A stretch of DNA of 62,086 nt, counting the filler. It is 8 parts of 8 records of this genome, joined end to end, with 100 filler letters (N's around TTAATTAATTAA, not from the genome) between each part and the next. Parts side by side here need not be neighbours in the genome. Positions count along the whole stretch, not along the records: positions 6,719 to 12,698 come from SRR31156797_53101; positions 12,799 to 22,099 come from SRR31156797_53150; 6 more parts are not named here. One strand, 5' to 3'. The position numbers were made by a program, and so were the translations under genes. The notes below the pieces were generated by a model. The model searched no databases. It was not told the DNA's origin and worked only from the letters and a program-made list of their open reading frames with translations. Position 1 is the first letter of the stretch; each line of letters starts with the position of its first letter. Below, piece by piece: positions 10,039 to 19,318 of this stretch.

Positions 10039-10782
10039 GAATTTCTAATCCTTTTTTTCTTTCACGTTTGCGGTCTAATATTCAATAATCCACTATTCTG
10101 AAGTTACAATAACATCCCAAGGAACAAAGAGTCAGTCAATCATAAGTAATAAGCCAAATTAACAGGCTGCTACGGGCAAAGCCTTGTGGTTTACGGACAA
10201 TGGTTTATGAACGCAATTAATGGAATTATATATTTTTATTATTAATAGAGTTCCTCTATCAGGAATCACTATATATTAAATATCATTATAAATAAATCAG
10301 ACGCCGGTGTCTAACGTCAATTTCTTTTCCCGTTTTTAATCCATCATTTCTTAATGTATCGCCGAGTTGGACGTGTTGTCGCAAGCATAGCTCCGGCCCG
10401 TTCATAATGATTGTTATAATAGTGAATAGAGCCTTCATTTCCTCTCGTCTCTGTTGAATGTGTATGGCAACGTGAGTGCAGAAGCAGATATTAGGTCCAT
10501 TAATATGAACATCACCTTTGCAGCCGCCCTGCGGTATTGTGAAAAAAATCTGTTGCTAATTAATTCATCCTTGTGTTAGAAATTTATCGGTCCAATCTTA
10601 TTTGGCTTATTTATAGGGCCAAAGTAATCAACTAACTGAGCGGCCGCAAGCAAAGGGGATGTTTGCCGGCTGTCTCAAAGCAGTAATTTTCTTGGTTCCC
10701 TCGGGGGCGAGGGTAAACGGCATAAGTTTCCATAAGGGGAGAGTTTTATTGCAGAGGTTTCCTCAGGGGGTGAGGATCAACG

Positions 10783-11433
10783 ATGAATACGGATGTGGAT
10801 TTCAAAATACTAATAGTCGGGAATAACAGCTTCAACAATAGCATTCTACTGGATTTGCTGAAAAAAGAGACGGGTTTACATTGCAGGGCTTCCGAAAACC
10901 TTGATGAATTGAAAACACTTATCGAAATTGAGAATAACAGCGAAAGCACCCTGATTCTCTGGGACAACCAGACAAATGGTCTCAGTGAACTATGGCCTGT
11001 GCTGCGCGAACCCGGCGGGGAGCTTCCCGGGAATGTCAAGGTCGCTGTTTATAATACTCCCATGGATTCCGATATAGGCCTCTACCTTCTCCAGAATGGA
11101 GGTCACGGCATCTTTTATCAAAAGGATTCCCCCGGATTCCTGGTCAAGGGAATAAGCGCCATTCTCGAAGGAGAATTATGGGTCTCACGCAACGTCTTGC
11201 AGGGTTACATAAGCAAAGTCAGAAAAAAAGATGACAAAACAGGGGGCGACCTGCTGACCAACCGTGAAAGGGAAATAATTACCTGGCTGGTTTCGGGCAG
11301 GAGCAATGAAGAGATTGCCGAATCCCTTAATATAAGCCCGCACACTGTCCGAACCCACTTATCGAATATCTATAGCAAGCTCGAGGTCAACAACCGCTTT
11401 CAGGCCGCCCTCTGGGCCGCGGATAACCTATAG
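10783..11433 (+). CDS. LuxR-family regulator with atypical REC domain (CsgD/VpsT-like)
   Basis: LTNREREI...GRSNEEIA..LNIS.HTVRTH...IYSKL HTH; GELWVSR motif. Confidence 0.85.
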   Translation: MNTDVDFKILIVGNNSFNNSILLDLLKKETGLHCRASENLDELKTLIEIENNSESTLILWDNQTNGLSELWPVLREPGGELPGNVKVAVYNTPMDSDIGLYLLQNGGHGIFYQKDSPGFLVKGISAILEGELWVSRNVLQGYISKVRKKDDKTGGDLLTNREREIITWLVSGRSNEEIAESLNISPHTVRTHLSNIYSKLEVNNRFQAALWAADNL

Positions 11434-11564
11434 AGAATAAGGAGCCCAAAAAGACTAATCTGCAAAGACTATAAAAAATGGACCCATGACGGATAGCCGG
11501 ATCAATAATAATTGTTTATGATATCGTTTATCAATTAAACATGAAACTTGGTGGTGACCGACAG

Positions 11565-11906
11565 ATGAAACAACCTTCTCCCCATGAACGCCGCATACAG
11601 GAAAGGTTTGACATGGCTCTGCCTGCAAAAATCATCTGGCCGCCAGAAAGTATGGAAAATGACCTCATTCTCCAAACCTCCAACGTCTCGGCGGGCGGAG
11701 CTTTTTTTGAAACAGCACAACCGATTTTAACCGGGACAAAAGTCCTTATCAAGATGAGTCTTCCTCCAATAAAAATCGGAGACAACGGCTTTCAGAGCGG
11801 TCAGATCGATGTCAGCGGCCAGGTGCTCCGCGCCGGTTCACAGGGCATGGCCGTCTTTTTTTATGACAACTTCATCATATCATCCCGTAACATGGGCTTT
11901 AATTAA
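11565..11906 (+). CDS. Single-domain PilZ protein
   Basis: ERRIQERF (RxxxR) and NVSAGG (D/NxSxxG) motifs. Confidence 0.8.
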   Translation: MKQPSPHERRIQERFDMALPAKIIWPPESMENDLILQTSNVSAGGAFFETAQPILTGTKVLIKMSLPPIKIGDNGFQSGQIDVSGQVLRAGSQGMAVFFYDNFIISSRNMGFN

Positions 11907-11949
11907 CCCTCGGCCTTCCTGAGCAAATTAAAAATTGTCTTTTGCTCTT

Positions 11950-11995
11950 GTTCCCGGGTTCCGCCCGGGAACGCTCTGTCTTTGAGGCTCCGCCT
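11950..11995. repeat. REP-like palindromic element
   Basis: GTTCCCGGG-TTCCG-CCCGGGAAC perfect 9-bp stem followed by GAGGCTCCGCCT. Confidence 0.55.
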
Positions 11996-12025
11996 TATCT
12001 TCATGCCTTTTAGTGCAGGAACTAT

Positions 12026-12050
12026 GGGCGCCCGGGGAGCGCGCCCCTAC
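12026..12050 (-). repeat. GTAG-family REP-like element
   Basis: Minus strand reads GTAG-GGGCGC-GCTCCCCGG-GCGCCC (GTAG foot plus GC-rich hairpin). Confidence 0.55.
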
Positions 12051-12328
12051 ATATTATTCCTCAACTTCTCCCGCATTAACGGCGCCATTTCTGTATCCTT
12101 AAAAAACAATTACAATCACTCAATTGACTACGCCATCAGTCCAGAGTGCGCCTGCACACATCATCCATCGGGCTATATGAAACTGGTAATTAATATTTTC
12201 ACATGACCAGAAAAATGGACCGACGACGGATTTTAAAAAAAACCCCCCTGTTATATATTCCATACACTCAAGGGGAACTTTTTTCATATTTAACATTAAC
12301 CAAACCCATATTCTTGATGAGCAGGGAA

Positions 12329-12698
12329 ATGAAAAAACACTATCTACTATTTCTGATCTTCTGTTTTCTAATTATCGGCTGCAGCCACGTCACCGGCCCC
12401 GGACCGAATCCGGATGTCATGCCTGCGCCGCCCGTGCAAAAGGTCGCTCTCGGCCCCGGCGACGTCCTGGATATCAAGTTTCCCTTCTGGCCCGAACTCA
12501 ATGAAACCCAGACCGTTCGTCCCGACGGAAAAATATCTCTTCAACTCATAGACGACGTCAAGGTTACCGGACTCACCCCCCAGGAACTGGATGAAAAGCT
12601 AACCGAACTATACCAGGGCAAGATCAAGGAGCCCGTAATCACCGTGGTCGTGCGCGGCCTGGTCCAGCAGCGCATCTACGTGGGCGGGGAAGTCCTCA
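12329..12698 (+). CDS. Polysaccharide export lipoprotein (Wza/OPX family), 3'-truncated
   Basis: Lipobox IIGC; LGPGDVLDI, VRPDGKISL, VTGLTPQEL, IYVGGEV motifs. Confidence 0.88.
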
Positions 12699-12798
12699 NN
12701 NNNNNNNNNNNNNNNNNNNNNNNNNNNNNNNNNNNNNNNNNNTTAATTAATTAANNNNNNNNNNNNNNNNNNNNNNNNNNNNNNNNNNNNNNNNNNNN

Positions 12799-13219
12799 CG
12801 GCCGCCTCTCCATCGGCGCCATGGGGCTGGGGGGAGCGCAGGGGTGTTTGGACATGGCCCTGAGATACAGCAAAGAGCGTTCCCAGTTTGGAAAACCCAT
12901 CAGCAAATTTCAGGTGAACGCATTTAAACTGGCGGATATGGCGTTGGAAATTGAATGTGCCCGCCTGATTCTTTACAAGGCCTGTTGGCTCAGGGACCAG
13001 AAGAAACCCTTTTCCAAGGAAGCGGCCATGGCCAAACTTCACTGCTCGGAGGTCATGTATCGTTGCGCCAACCACGCGGTGCAGCTCCATGGCGGCTACG
13101 GGCTTATGAAAGAATATGATGTGGAACGGTTTTACCGGGACCAGAAGCTACTGGAAATCGGAGAGGGAACGTCGGAAGTGCAGCGGATTGTTATTTCGAG
13201 ATTGATCGGGGCGCTTTAA
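12799..13219 (+). CDS. Acyl-CoA dehydrogenase C-terminal part (5'-truncated)
   Basis: ERSQFGKPI, AVQLHGGYG, IGEGTSEVQR. Confidence 0.92.
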
Positions 13220-13248
13220 AGGAAAGTGACAAGGAACCTGGCAGCAAG

Positions 13249-13276
13249 AACCCAAAACCCAAAACCCAAAACCCAA
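13249..13276 (+). repeat. Heptamer tandem repeat (AACCCAA)x4
   Basis: Read directly; ends 4 nt before the ATG at 13281. Confidence 0.85.
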
Positions 13277-13280
13277 TAAC

Positions 13281-15101
13281 ATGTTAGATCGTATTCTCGG
13301 CAAAGAGATTGCCGCCTATGTAGCACGCCACCGGGGCATGGTCATAGTTGCCCTGGCCCTGATGATTGTGGCATCGCTGTTTCAGGTGGTGCCCGTTTAT
13401 CTGCTCCAACCCTTTGTGGATGAGGGCATGAAGACCGGAGCCGCACCGGTGGCCTGGAAAATCCCCTGGTTCGCTTTTGACGGTGATTCACTCTTTTCCA
13501 TCAAACGAATCGATGTGACGGTGGTGAAAAATATCTCACCCAACCGTCTTCTGGTTCTGTTGACCCTGGTGGCATTTGTATCCATCTTCATCAAATCCCT
13601 GACCACTTATCTTGCGGGTCTGGCGGCCGCCTCTTTTTCCAATAAGGCCGTGAAATCCGTCCGCATCGACCTCTTTAGAAAATTTATTTCCCTTCCCCAG
13701 GGGTTCCATCACAAAACAAAGGCAGGCGAACTGATCGCCCGATCCACCGCGGATTTGTCCGTATTGCAGGGCCTCATTGCGGAAATTCTTCTGGGGTTGA
13801 TCGAATACCCCCTGACCGCGCTGGTTTTCCTGATGTATCTTTTCGTCATGAACCTCAAGATGACCCTGCTGGTTTTTTTCATGGTCCCCCTGATCGCTCT
13901 TCTGATCCGGCTCTTCGGCCGAAAGGTGAAAAAGAACTCAACGCTGGTCCAGAACGCCACTGCGGATGTCACATCCACCTACCATGAAACCCTTCTCTGC
14001 CTTAAACTGGTGCAGGGATTTTTTATGGGCAAACGGGAGTCGGAACGTTTCAGTAATCTAGCGGAAAACCTGTATAAAAAAATCATGCGGTGGAATCGCT
14101 GGCATCTGGGGTTGGGACCTTTGATGGATACGGTGGTTTTTCTGGTGATGCCCGCCATATTGATCGTTGGGAAAGTCTATTTTCATCATACCCTGGGTGA
14201 GCTTCTGGCTATGGCCTATGCCTTTAGCCGCGTGTACCGGCCCATCAAACGGCTGGCCCTGGTCAACAACCACATCAAAACCCTCCAGGGCGCCACGGAC
14301 CGGGTATTCCAAATCATGAGGACCGTGCCTGATATCATGGACAAAACAGGCGCCAAAGCCCTCTCCCGGAAAAAGGGAACCATTGAATTTGATCATGTTC
14401 ACTTTGCCTATGCACCGGATGAACCGGTGTTGAGGGATGTCTCCTTTAAATTGAAGGAAGGCGAGATGGCGGCCTTCGTGGGGTCCACGGGCGCCGGAAA
14501 AAGCACCCTGCTGGATCTGATCCCCCGGTTTTACGATGTGACCGGAGGCGCCATTCTCATCGATGGAAACGATGTGCGCCATGTGACGCTGAAATCTCTT
14601 CGAAAACGCATCGGGATTGTCAATCAGGATATTCTGCTCTTTAACGAAACCATCCGGTACAATATCAGCTATGGCGATCCGGACAAAAGCACCAGCGAGA
14701 TCGAGGCGGCTGCAAAAGCGGCTTACGCCCATGACTTTATCATGGCACAGCACAAGGGGTATGGTACCGCTATCGGGGATATGGGAAGCCTTCTGTCCGG
14801 AGGTCAAAGACAGCGCATCGCCATTGCCAGGGCCATTTTAGTGGATCCCGCCATCCTGATGCTGGACGAGGCGGCTTCCGCCCTGGATGCCGAAAGTGAA
14901 GGGCATGTTCAGAGAGCCATTGAAGGTCTGAAGGGGACGCGAACCATTTTGACCGTGGCCCACCGGCTCAGCACCATTCGAAAAGCCGACCGTATTTTTG
15001 TTCTGGAAGCGGGCCGCATCGTTGAGTCGGGCACCCTGACCGAACTGATGCAATTGAACGGAAGATTCAAACAACTCCACGATATGCAGTTCAAGGATTG
15101 A
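13281..15101 (+). CDS. MsbA-like ABC exporter (fused TMD-NBD)
   Basis: TM domain, GSTGAGKST, LSGGQRQR, LMLDEA, VAHRL. Confidence 0.9.
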   Translation: MLDRILGKEIAAYVARHRGMVIVALALMIVASLFQVVPVYLLQPFVDEGMKTGAAPVAWKIPWFAFDGDSLFSIKRIDVTVVKNISPNRLLVLLTLVAFVSIFIKSLTTYLAGLAAASFSNKAVKSVRIDLFRKFISLPQGFHHKTKAGELIARSTADLSVLQGLIAEILLGLIEYPLTALVFLMYLFVMNLKMTLLVFFMVPLIALLIRLFGRKVKKNSTLVQNATADVTSTYHETLLCLKLVQGFFMGKRESERFSNLAENLYKKIMRWNRWHLGLGPLMDTVVFLVMPAILIVGKVYFHHTLGELLAMAYAFSRVYRPIKRLALVNNHIKTLQGATDRVFQIMRTVPDIMDKTGAKALSRKKGTIEFDHVHFAYAPDEPVLRDVSFKLKEGEMAAFVGSTGAGKSTLLDLIPRFYDVTGGAILIDGNDVRHVTLKSLRKRIGIVNQDILLFNETIRYNISYGDPDKSTSEIEAAAKAAYAHDFIMAQHKGYGTAIGDMGSLLSGGQRQRIAIARAILVDPAILMLDEAASALDAESEGHVQRAIEGLKGTRTILTVAHRLSTIRKADRIFVLEAGRIVESGTLTELMQLNGRFKQLHDMQFKD

Positions 15102-15477
15102 TGAGGTTATCACCCACGGTGTCCGGATTATTAGGGTCGTGGGCTACGGTGTTGAAAGCCGCCAGTATATGCGCCTCGGTTCCCGTGTTTTGTATGGCGT
15201 GGGATACGCCCGGCGGAAAGGTGAAAGCGTAGATTTCCTTTTCGTGGATTTCCACGTTATTAATCTCACCATCTTCTTTGATACGCACCAGCGCGGGGCC
15301 CGTGACCGCGATGATTTCCGTTCCCTGAAGGTGGTAGTGGTTCCCCCGAACCGCACCGGGGACGCTCACCACCACGTGCATGTTCTGCTGGTACGCCAGT
15401 TGATCCCCTTTCACGGGTTCAAAAACAAGCCCCCGGGCATCGAAATGGCCTTCTATGGGTTCAATTTTGACCGCCAT
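15091..15477 (-). CDS. Cupin, WxcM/FdtA-like nucleotide-sugar isomerase family
   Basis: DARG, VRGNHYH, PPGVSHA motifs. Confidence 0.7.
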   Translation of the reverse strand: MAVKIEPIEGHFDARGLVFEPVKGDQLAYQQNMHVVVSVPGAVRGNHYHLQGTEIIAVTGPALVRIKEDGEINNVEIHEKEIYAFTFPPGVSHAIQNTGTEAHILAAFNTVAHDPNNPDTVGDNLINP

Positions 15478-15645
15478 GATCCTCCTCGATTCTGTTTTAT
15501 TTCAATCAAAATCCGTGCAATTTCCGAACGCTCCCGCTCATATGAAAATGTTCGGATCATGTTGCACCTTCAAACCGTACTCCATTTTCGGATCACAATC
15601 AATATGCGAAGATAGAGGGTTTCCCTGTTCCCCGCGGGAAATGAC

Positions 15646-15674
15646 TTGACAACATTCCAGAAACTGACTAAAAC
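15646..15674 (+). promoter_or_regulatory. Sigma70-type promoter of the ABC importer operon
   Basis: TTGACA-N17-TAAAAC. Confidence 0.65.
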
Positions 15675-15680
15675 CGTTTC

Positions 15681-15837
15681 AATCCTCGGCAAGAAGCCGG
15701 TCTGTTTTTCGGTACAACATTTTACAACTAAAAACCCGGTTTCAGTGTAATCCAGCCATGAAGGCTTTTCCTCCCCGCAGGAGGTATCCCTTTGTGGTTT
15801 TTTTTTGCCGAGATTTTTTAAGTAAGGAGGTATCTAA
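15681..15837 (+). promoter_or_regulatory. Structured 5' leader with terminator-like hairpin and anti-SD (attenuator candidate)
   Basis: AGCCATGAAGG/CCTTTGTGGTT stem with inner CCTCC/GGAGG hairpin, followed by a T-tract; the leader's 5' and 3' ends are also complementary. Confidence 0.6.
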
Positions 15838-17442
15838 ATGAGAGATAAATCAAATCATTTCTTTCCGTTTTTCCATCTATGGATACTGATTCTGTTGGGC
15901 TTGTTTCTATTGCCGCCCGGCGTTGGGGCGAAAGATCAGGTGAAGGAGATCCGGATCGCCGACGGCAAGGGGGACTGGGGATATCCCAACCCTTACCATC
16001 ACTATCCCAGGGGACCCGGATACCTGCGTATGTCCATGGTTTTCGATACCCTGGTCTGGAAAGATGCCAAAGGGTATATCCCGGCACTGGCTACATCATG
16101 GCGGTATGACCCTGATTCCTTGAGTTATATATTCGAACTTCAGGAAGGGGTTTCGTGGCATGATGGAACGCCTTTTTCGGCGAAGGATGTGGTGTTCACC
16201 ATAGACTATTTTAAAAAACATCCCTACCAATGGGTGCCCCTCGACAAGGTGGCGGGCGCCAAGGCCCTGGGTCCCCGCACGGTATCCATCAACCTCAAGG
16301 AACCGTACGCCCCTTTCATGGCTTACGTGGGCGGGACCATGCCCATTATTCCCCGGCACATCTGGGAAAAGGTGGAAGATCCCAAAAAATATCAAGCCCC
16401 TGAGGCCTTTATGGGCTGCGGCCCATTTAAATTCGTGGATTTTGACAAAACCAAGGGGACCTACCTTTTTGAGGCCAACGGGGATTACTACCTGGGAAAA
16501 CCGACCGTTGATCGCGTCATCTACATCAAAGCCGGAAATCCCTTGATGACCCTTTTAAGCGGAAAAGCGGATCTGGTGAACATCAAACCGGATATGGCCG
16601 ATCACCTCAAAAAGAAAGGGATGGTGGTGTTGGAAAATCCCCGGGGCTGGAACAAGAAACTGATGATCAATCACAAAAAGCCGCCCTTGAACGACAAACG
16701 CTTTCGAAAGGCATTGGCCCATGCCATCAATCAGCAGGCGATCATCGACAAGGCCCATCGGGGGTTCGGCTCTCCGGCTTCATTCGGGTTGGTGTCCCCG
16801 GATCACCCCTTTTACAACCCTGAAACACCCCGGTATGCTCATGATCCGGAAAAGGCCCGGAAGATTCTCACGTCTTTGGGGTATGAGAAAAATGGGGCGG
16901 GACTTATGGAGAAAAACGGTACCCCCTTGAGATTGGAGGTGCTGGTCTCCAACATTTCGGTGGCCGGCGAGTCCATGGCCGATCGGGATGGGGAGGTTTT
17001 GAAAAAACAGTTGGAGGATGTGGGTATCTCGGTGGATCTGGTCAACCTGGAGCAGGCCACGGCCGATACAAAAGTCAGAAACTGGGAGTTTGATCTGGCA
17101 ATTTCAGGGCACGGGGGTCTTTTGGGGGATGCCATGATCCTTAACCGGATGATCAGCCCGAGGATGGCGGGAGCGGTCAATTCAGCCCGGTACGGCGCCA
17201 GCCGGGAACTCCTGGAACTGCTGGATGCGCAGATGACCGAAATGGACGTTCAGAAACGAAAAGCCATTGTTTTTAAAATACAGTCGGTTTATGCCGACGA
17301 ACTTCCGGCCATCTCACTCTACTATCCGGCTTCCATGACGGCCTACAATCCCGAAAAAGGGATTGGGTGGTATTACACCGAAGGCGGGATTTCCATCGGG
17401 ATTCCCATCGCACAAAACAAGATGTCGCTCATAAAGCGGTGA
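15838..17442 (+). CDS. ABC importer substrate-binding protein, family 5 (Opp/Dpp/Nik)
   Basis: Signal peptide; P.LATSW, WHDGTPFSAKDVVFT, GCGPF motifs. Confidence 0.9.
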   Translation: MRDKSNHFFPFFHLWILILLGLFLLPPGVGAKDQVKEIRIADGKGDWGYPNPYHHYPRGPGYLRMSMVFDTLVWKDAKGYIPALATSWRYDPDSLSYIFELQEGVSWHDGTPFSAKDVVFTIDYFKKHPYQWVPLDKVAGAKALGPRTVSINLKEPYAPFMAYVGGTMPIIPRHIWEKVEDPKKYQAPEAFMGCGPFKFVDFDKTKGTYLFEANGDYYLGKPTVDRVIYIKAGNPLMTLLSGKADLVNIKPDMADHLKKKGMVVLENPRGWNKKLMINHKKPPLNDKRFRKALAHAINQQAIIDKAHRGFGSPASFGLVSPDHPFYNPETPRYAHDPEKARKILTSLGYEKNGAGLMEKNGTPLRLEVLVSNISVAGESMADRDGEVLKKQLEDVGISVDLVNLEQATADTKVRNWEFDLAISGHGGLLGDAMILNRMISPRMAGAVNSARYGASRELLELLDAQMTEMDVQKRKAIVFKIQSVYADELPAISLYYPASMTAYNPEKGIGWYYTEGGISIGIPIAQNKMSLIKR

Positions 17443-17490
17443 TGGCTGATGGCTCATGGTTGTAGGGGGGTGTTGGTTTGAAGGGGATCA

Positions 17491-18474
17491 ATGGTCGGTA
17501 ACGCTGGGAAATTCACAAAAAAAGACACGGGGCTGTTGACTACCTTTTGTCTGGCCGCCCTGGTCATGACATGGCTCAGTTACAGCCTTCCGCGGTTTCT
17601 GCCCGGGGATTTCGTGACGGCCACCTACGGTGCATCCCAGGTCACCCTGACCGCCCAGCAGGAGGCGGCGTTAAGGGCCGGCCTGGGGCGGGAAGAGGGC
17701 TTTGGAACGTATCTGTCACGGCTGGTTCGATTTGAATGGGGTTATTCCTATGTGTTTCAAACGCCCGTGTCAGCCCTTTTTTTCAGTGCACTGCCGTGGA
17801 CCCTGTTGCTCATGGGATCGGCCCATGTGATATCCATGGTCATGGGGTTTGTGGCGGGGGTGGAAACGGCATGGCGCCGTAACAGCCGGCTTGAAAAGGG
17901 GGTGGTGGGCGGTATGACCGTGCTTGAGGGGATCCCGGAGATTTGTACGGGCGTGATTCTCCTTTTTGTTTTTGCCCTGCAACTCCAGTGGTTTCCCGCG
18001 GCGGGCGCGGAGACCGCCTACGGGGAAACGGATTTTATGTCCCATGTGGTGGATGTGGGCCATCATCTGGCACTCCCCTTATGCACGTTGGTGCTGGCCT
18101 ATTTCCCGGGCAATTTTCTGCTCACCCGGAACAGCATGATCATGGTGATCATGGCCGACTATATTAACACGGCGCGGGCCAAAGGGTTGCCGCCCATGCG
18201 AATCCGGTACGTGCATGCGGCGCGAAACGCCCTGCTTCCCGTGGTCACGCGGTTTGGAATGAGACTCGCTTTTATGATTACGGGTGCCCTGGTGGTGGAA
18301 AAAATCAATTCCTATCCGGGAGTGGGCACCCTTTTATACAATGCCATCGCGTCACGGGACCTGCCGGTGATTCAGGTGGTGGTGCTCATGAGTTCCCTGA
18401 TTATTCTGGCGATTTTCTTTGCCCTGGAATGGGCCTACCGGATCATTGATCCCAGGATTCGCCATGCACGTTAA
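17491..18474 (+). CDS. ABC importer permease (DppB/NikB-like)
   Basis: LPGD, YINTARAKGL EAA loop, HAARNALLP, RDLPVIQ, DPRIR. Confidence 0.9.
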   Translation: MVGNAGKFTKKDTGLLTTFCLAALVMTWLSYSLPRFLPGDFVTATYGASQVTLTAQQEAALRAGLGREEGFGTYLSRLVRFEWGYSYVFQTPVSALFFSALPWTLLLMGSAHVISMVMGFVAGVETAWRRNSRLEKGVVGGMTVLEGIPEICTGVILLFVFALQLQWFPAAGAETAYGETDFMSHVVDVGHHLALPLCTLVLAYFPGNFLLTRNSMIMVIMADYINTARAKGLPPMRIRYVHAARNALLPVVTRFGMRLAFMITGALVVEKINSYPGVGTLLYNAIASRDLPVIQVVVLMSSLIILAIFFALEWAYRIIDPRIRHAR

Positions 18475-19318
18475 CCTGCCCCATATGCTCCGCCGGGATC
18501 CCTGGTTTCTGACCGGTATGATTCTGATTGTCTTTTTTCTGATGGTCACTTTCCTGGGGCCCCTGCTGGCGCCCTTCAGCCCCTGGAATATGGATTTTGT
18601 GCCGCTTTCGCCCCCGTCGTCGACCCACCTCCTGGGCGTCAACGACGGGGGACAGGATATTTTTTCGGAATTGCTTTATGCGGTTCGCAATACCTTTGTT
18701 TTCGGCGTCATCAGTGCATCCACGGCCCTTCTTCTGGGGGTGCTGGCGGGGGCTCTTGCGGGATGGTTCGGGGGTGTGCTGGATCTGTTGCTCATGCGTC
18801 TGGCCGACGTGCTACTGGCCACACCTGCCATCATGATCCTGATCCTGGTGGCCGCGCTCTTTCGTCCGTCCCCCCATATCCTGGCCCTGATCCTGGCGGG
18901 ACTCATGTGGCCCACCATCGGTAAAACCATTCGCGCCCAGACCCTCACCCTCAAACAAAGCCTTCATGTTCGCGCCGCCAAACAGATGGGGGGTGGCAGC
19001 GGGTACATTATCATCAGGCATCTCATTCCGGAGATGTTTCCCTTGTATCTCATCGGGTTTGCCGCAAAGGCCCGCATGGCCATGTTCATGGAAGCGTCCC
19101 TCGCTTTTTTGGGCCTTTTGGATCCCAGCCGGAAATCCTTGGGAATGATGATCAGCTACGCCCTTCAATTCTACTATATGGATATCTGGTGGCATTGGCT
19201 CTTCCCCCCCATCGTCTGCTTGTCCCTGCTCATCATGATGGTCACATTCTTAGCCATCAGCCTGGAAAAGGTGGTGGACCCGCGTTTGAAGCTGAGTCTG
19301 CCCGGGAGGGTCTCATGA
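18464..19318 (+). CDS. ABC importer permease (DppC/NikC-like)
   Basis: HLLGVNDGGQDIFS, RHLIP, EASLAFLGL; ATG 18464 overlaps the upstream gene end. Confidence 0.9.
   Translation: MHVNLPHMLRRDPWFLTGMILIVFFLMVTFLGPLLAPFSPWNMDFVPLSPPSSTHLLGVNDGGQDIFSELLYAVRNTFVFGVISASTALLLGVLAGALAGWFGGVLDLLLMRLADVLLATPAIMILILVAALFRPSPHILALILAGLMWPTIGKTIRAQTLTLKQSLHVRAAKQMGGGSGYIIIRHLIPEMFPLYLIGFAAKARMAMFMEASLAFLGLLDPSRKSLGMMISYALQFYYMDIWWHWLFPPIVCLSLLIMMVTFLAISLEKVVDPRLKLSLPGRVS

Noticed and set aside
10173-10220. GGGCAAAGCC...ACGCAA resembling a c-di-GMP-I riboswitch
   Set aside because: No GNRA-capped stem with correct spacing and no second stem could be built
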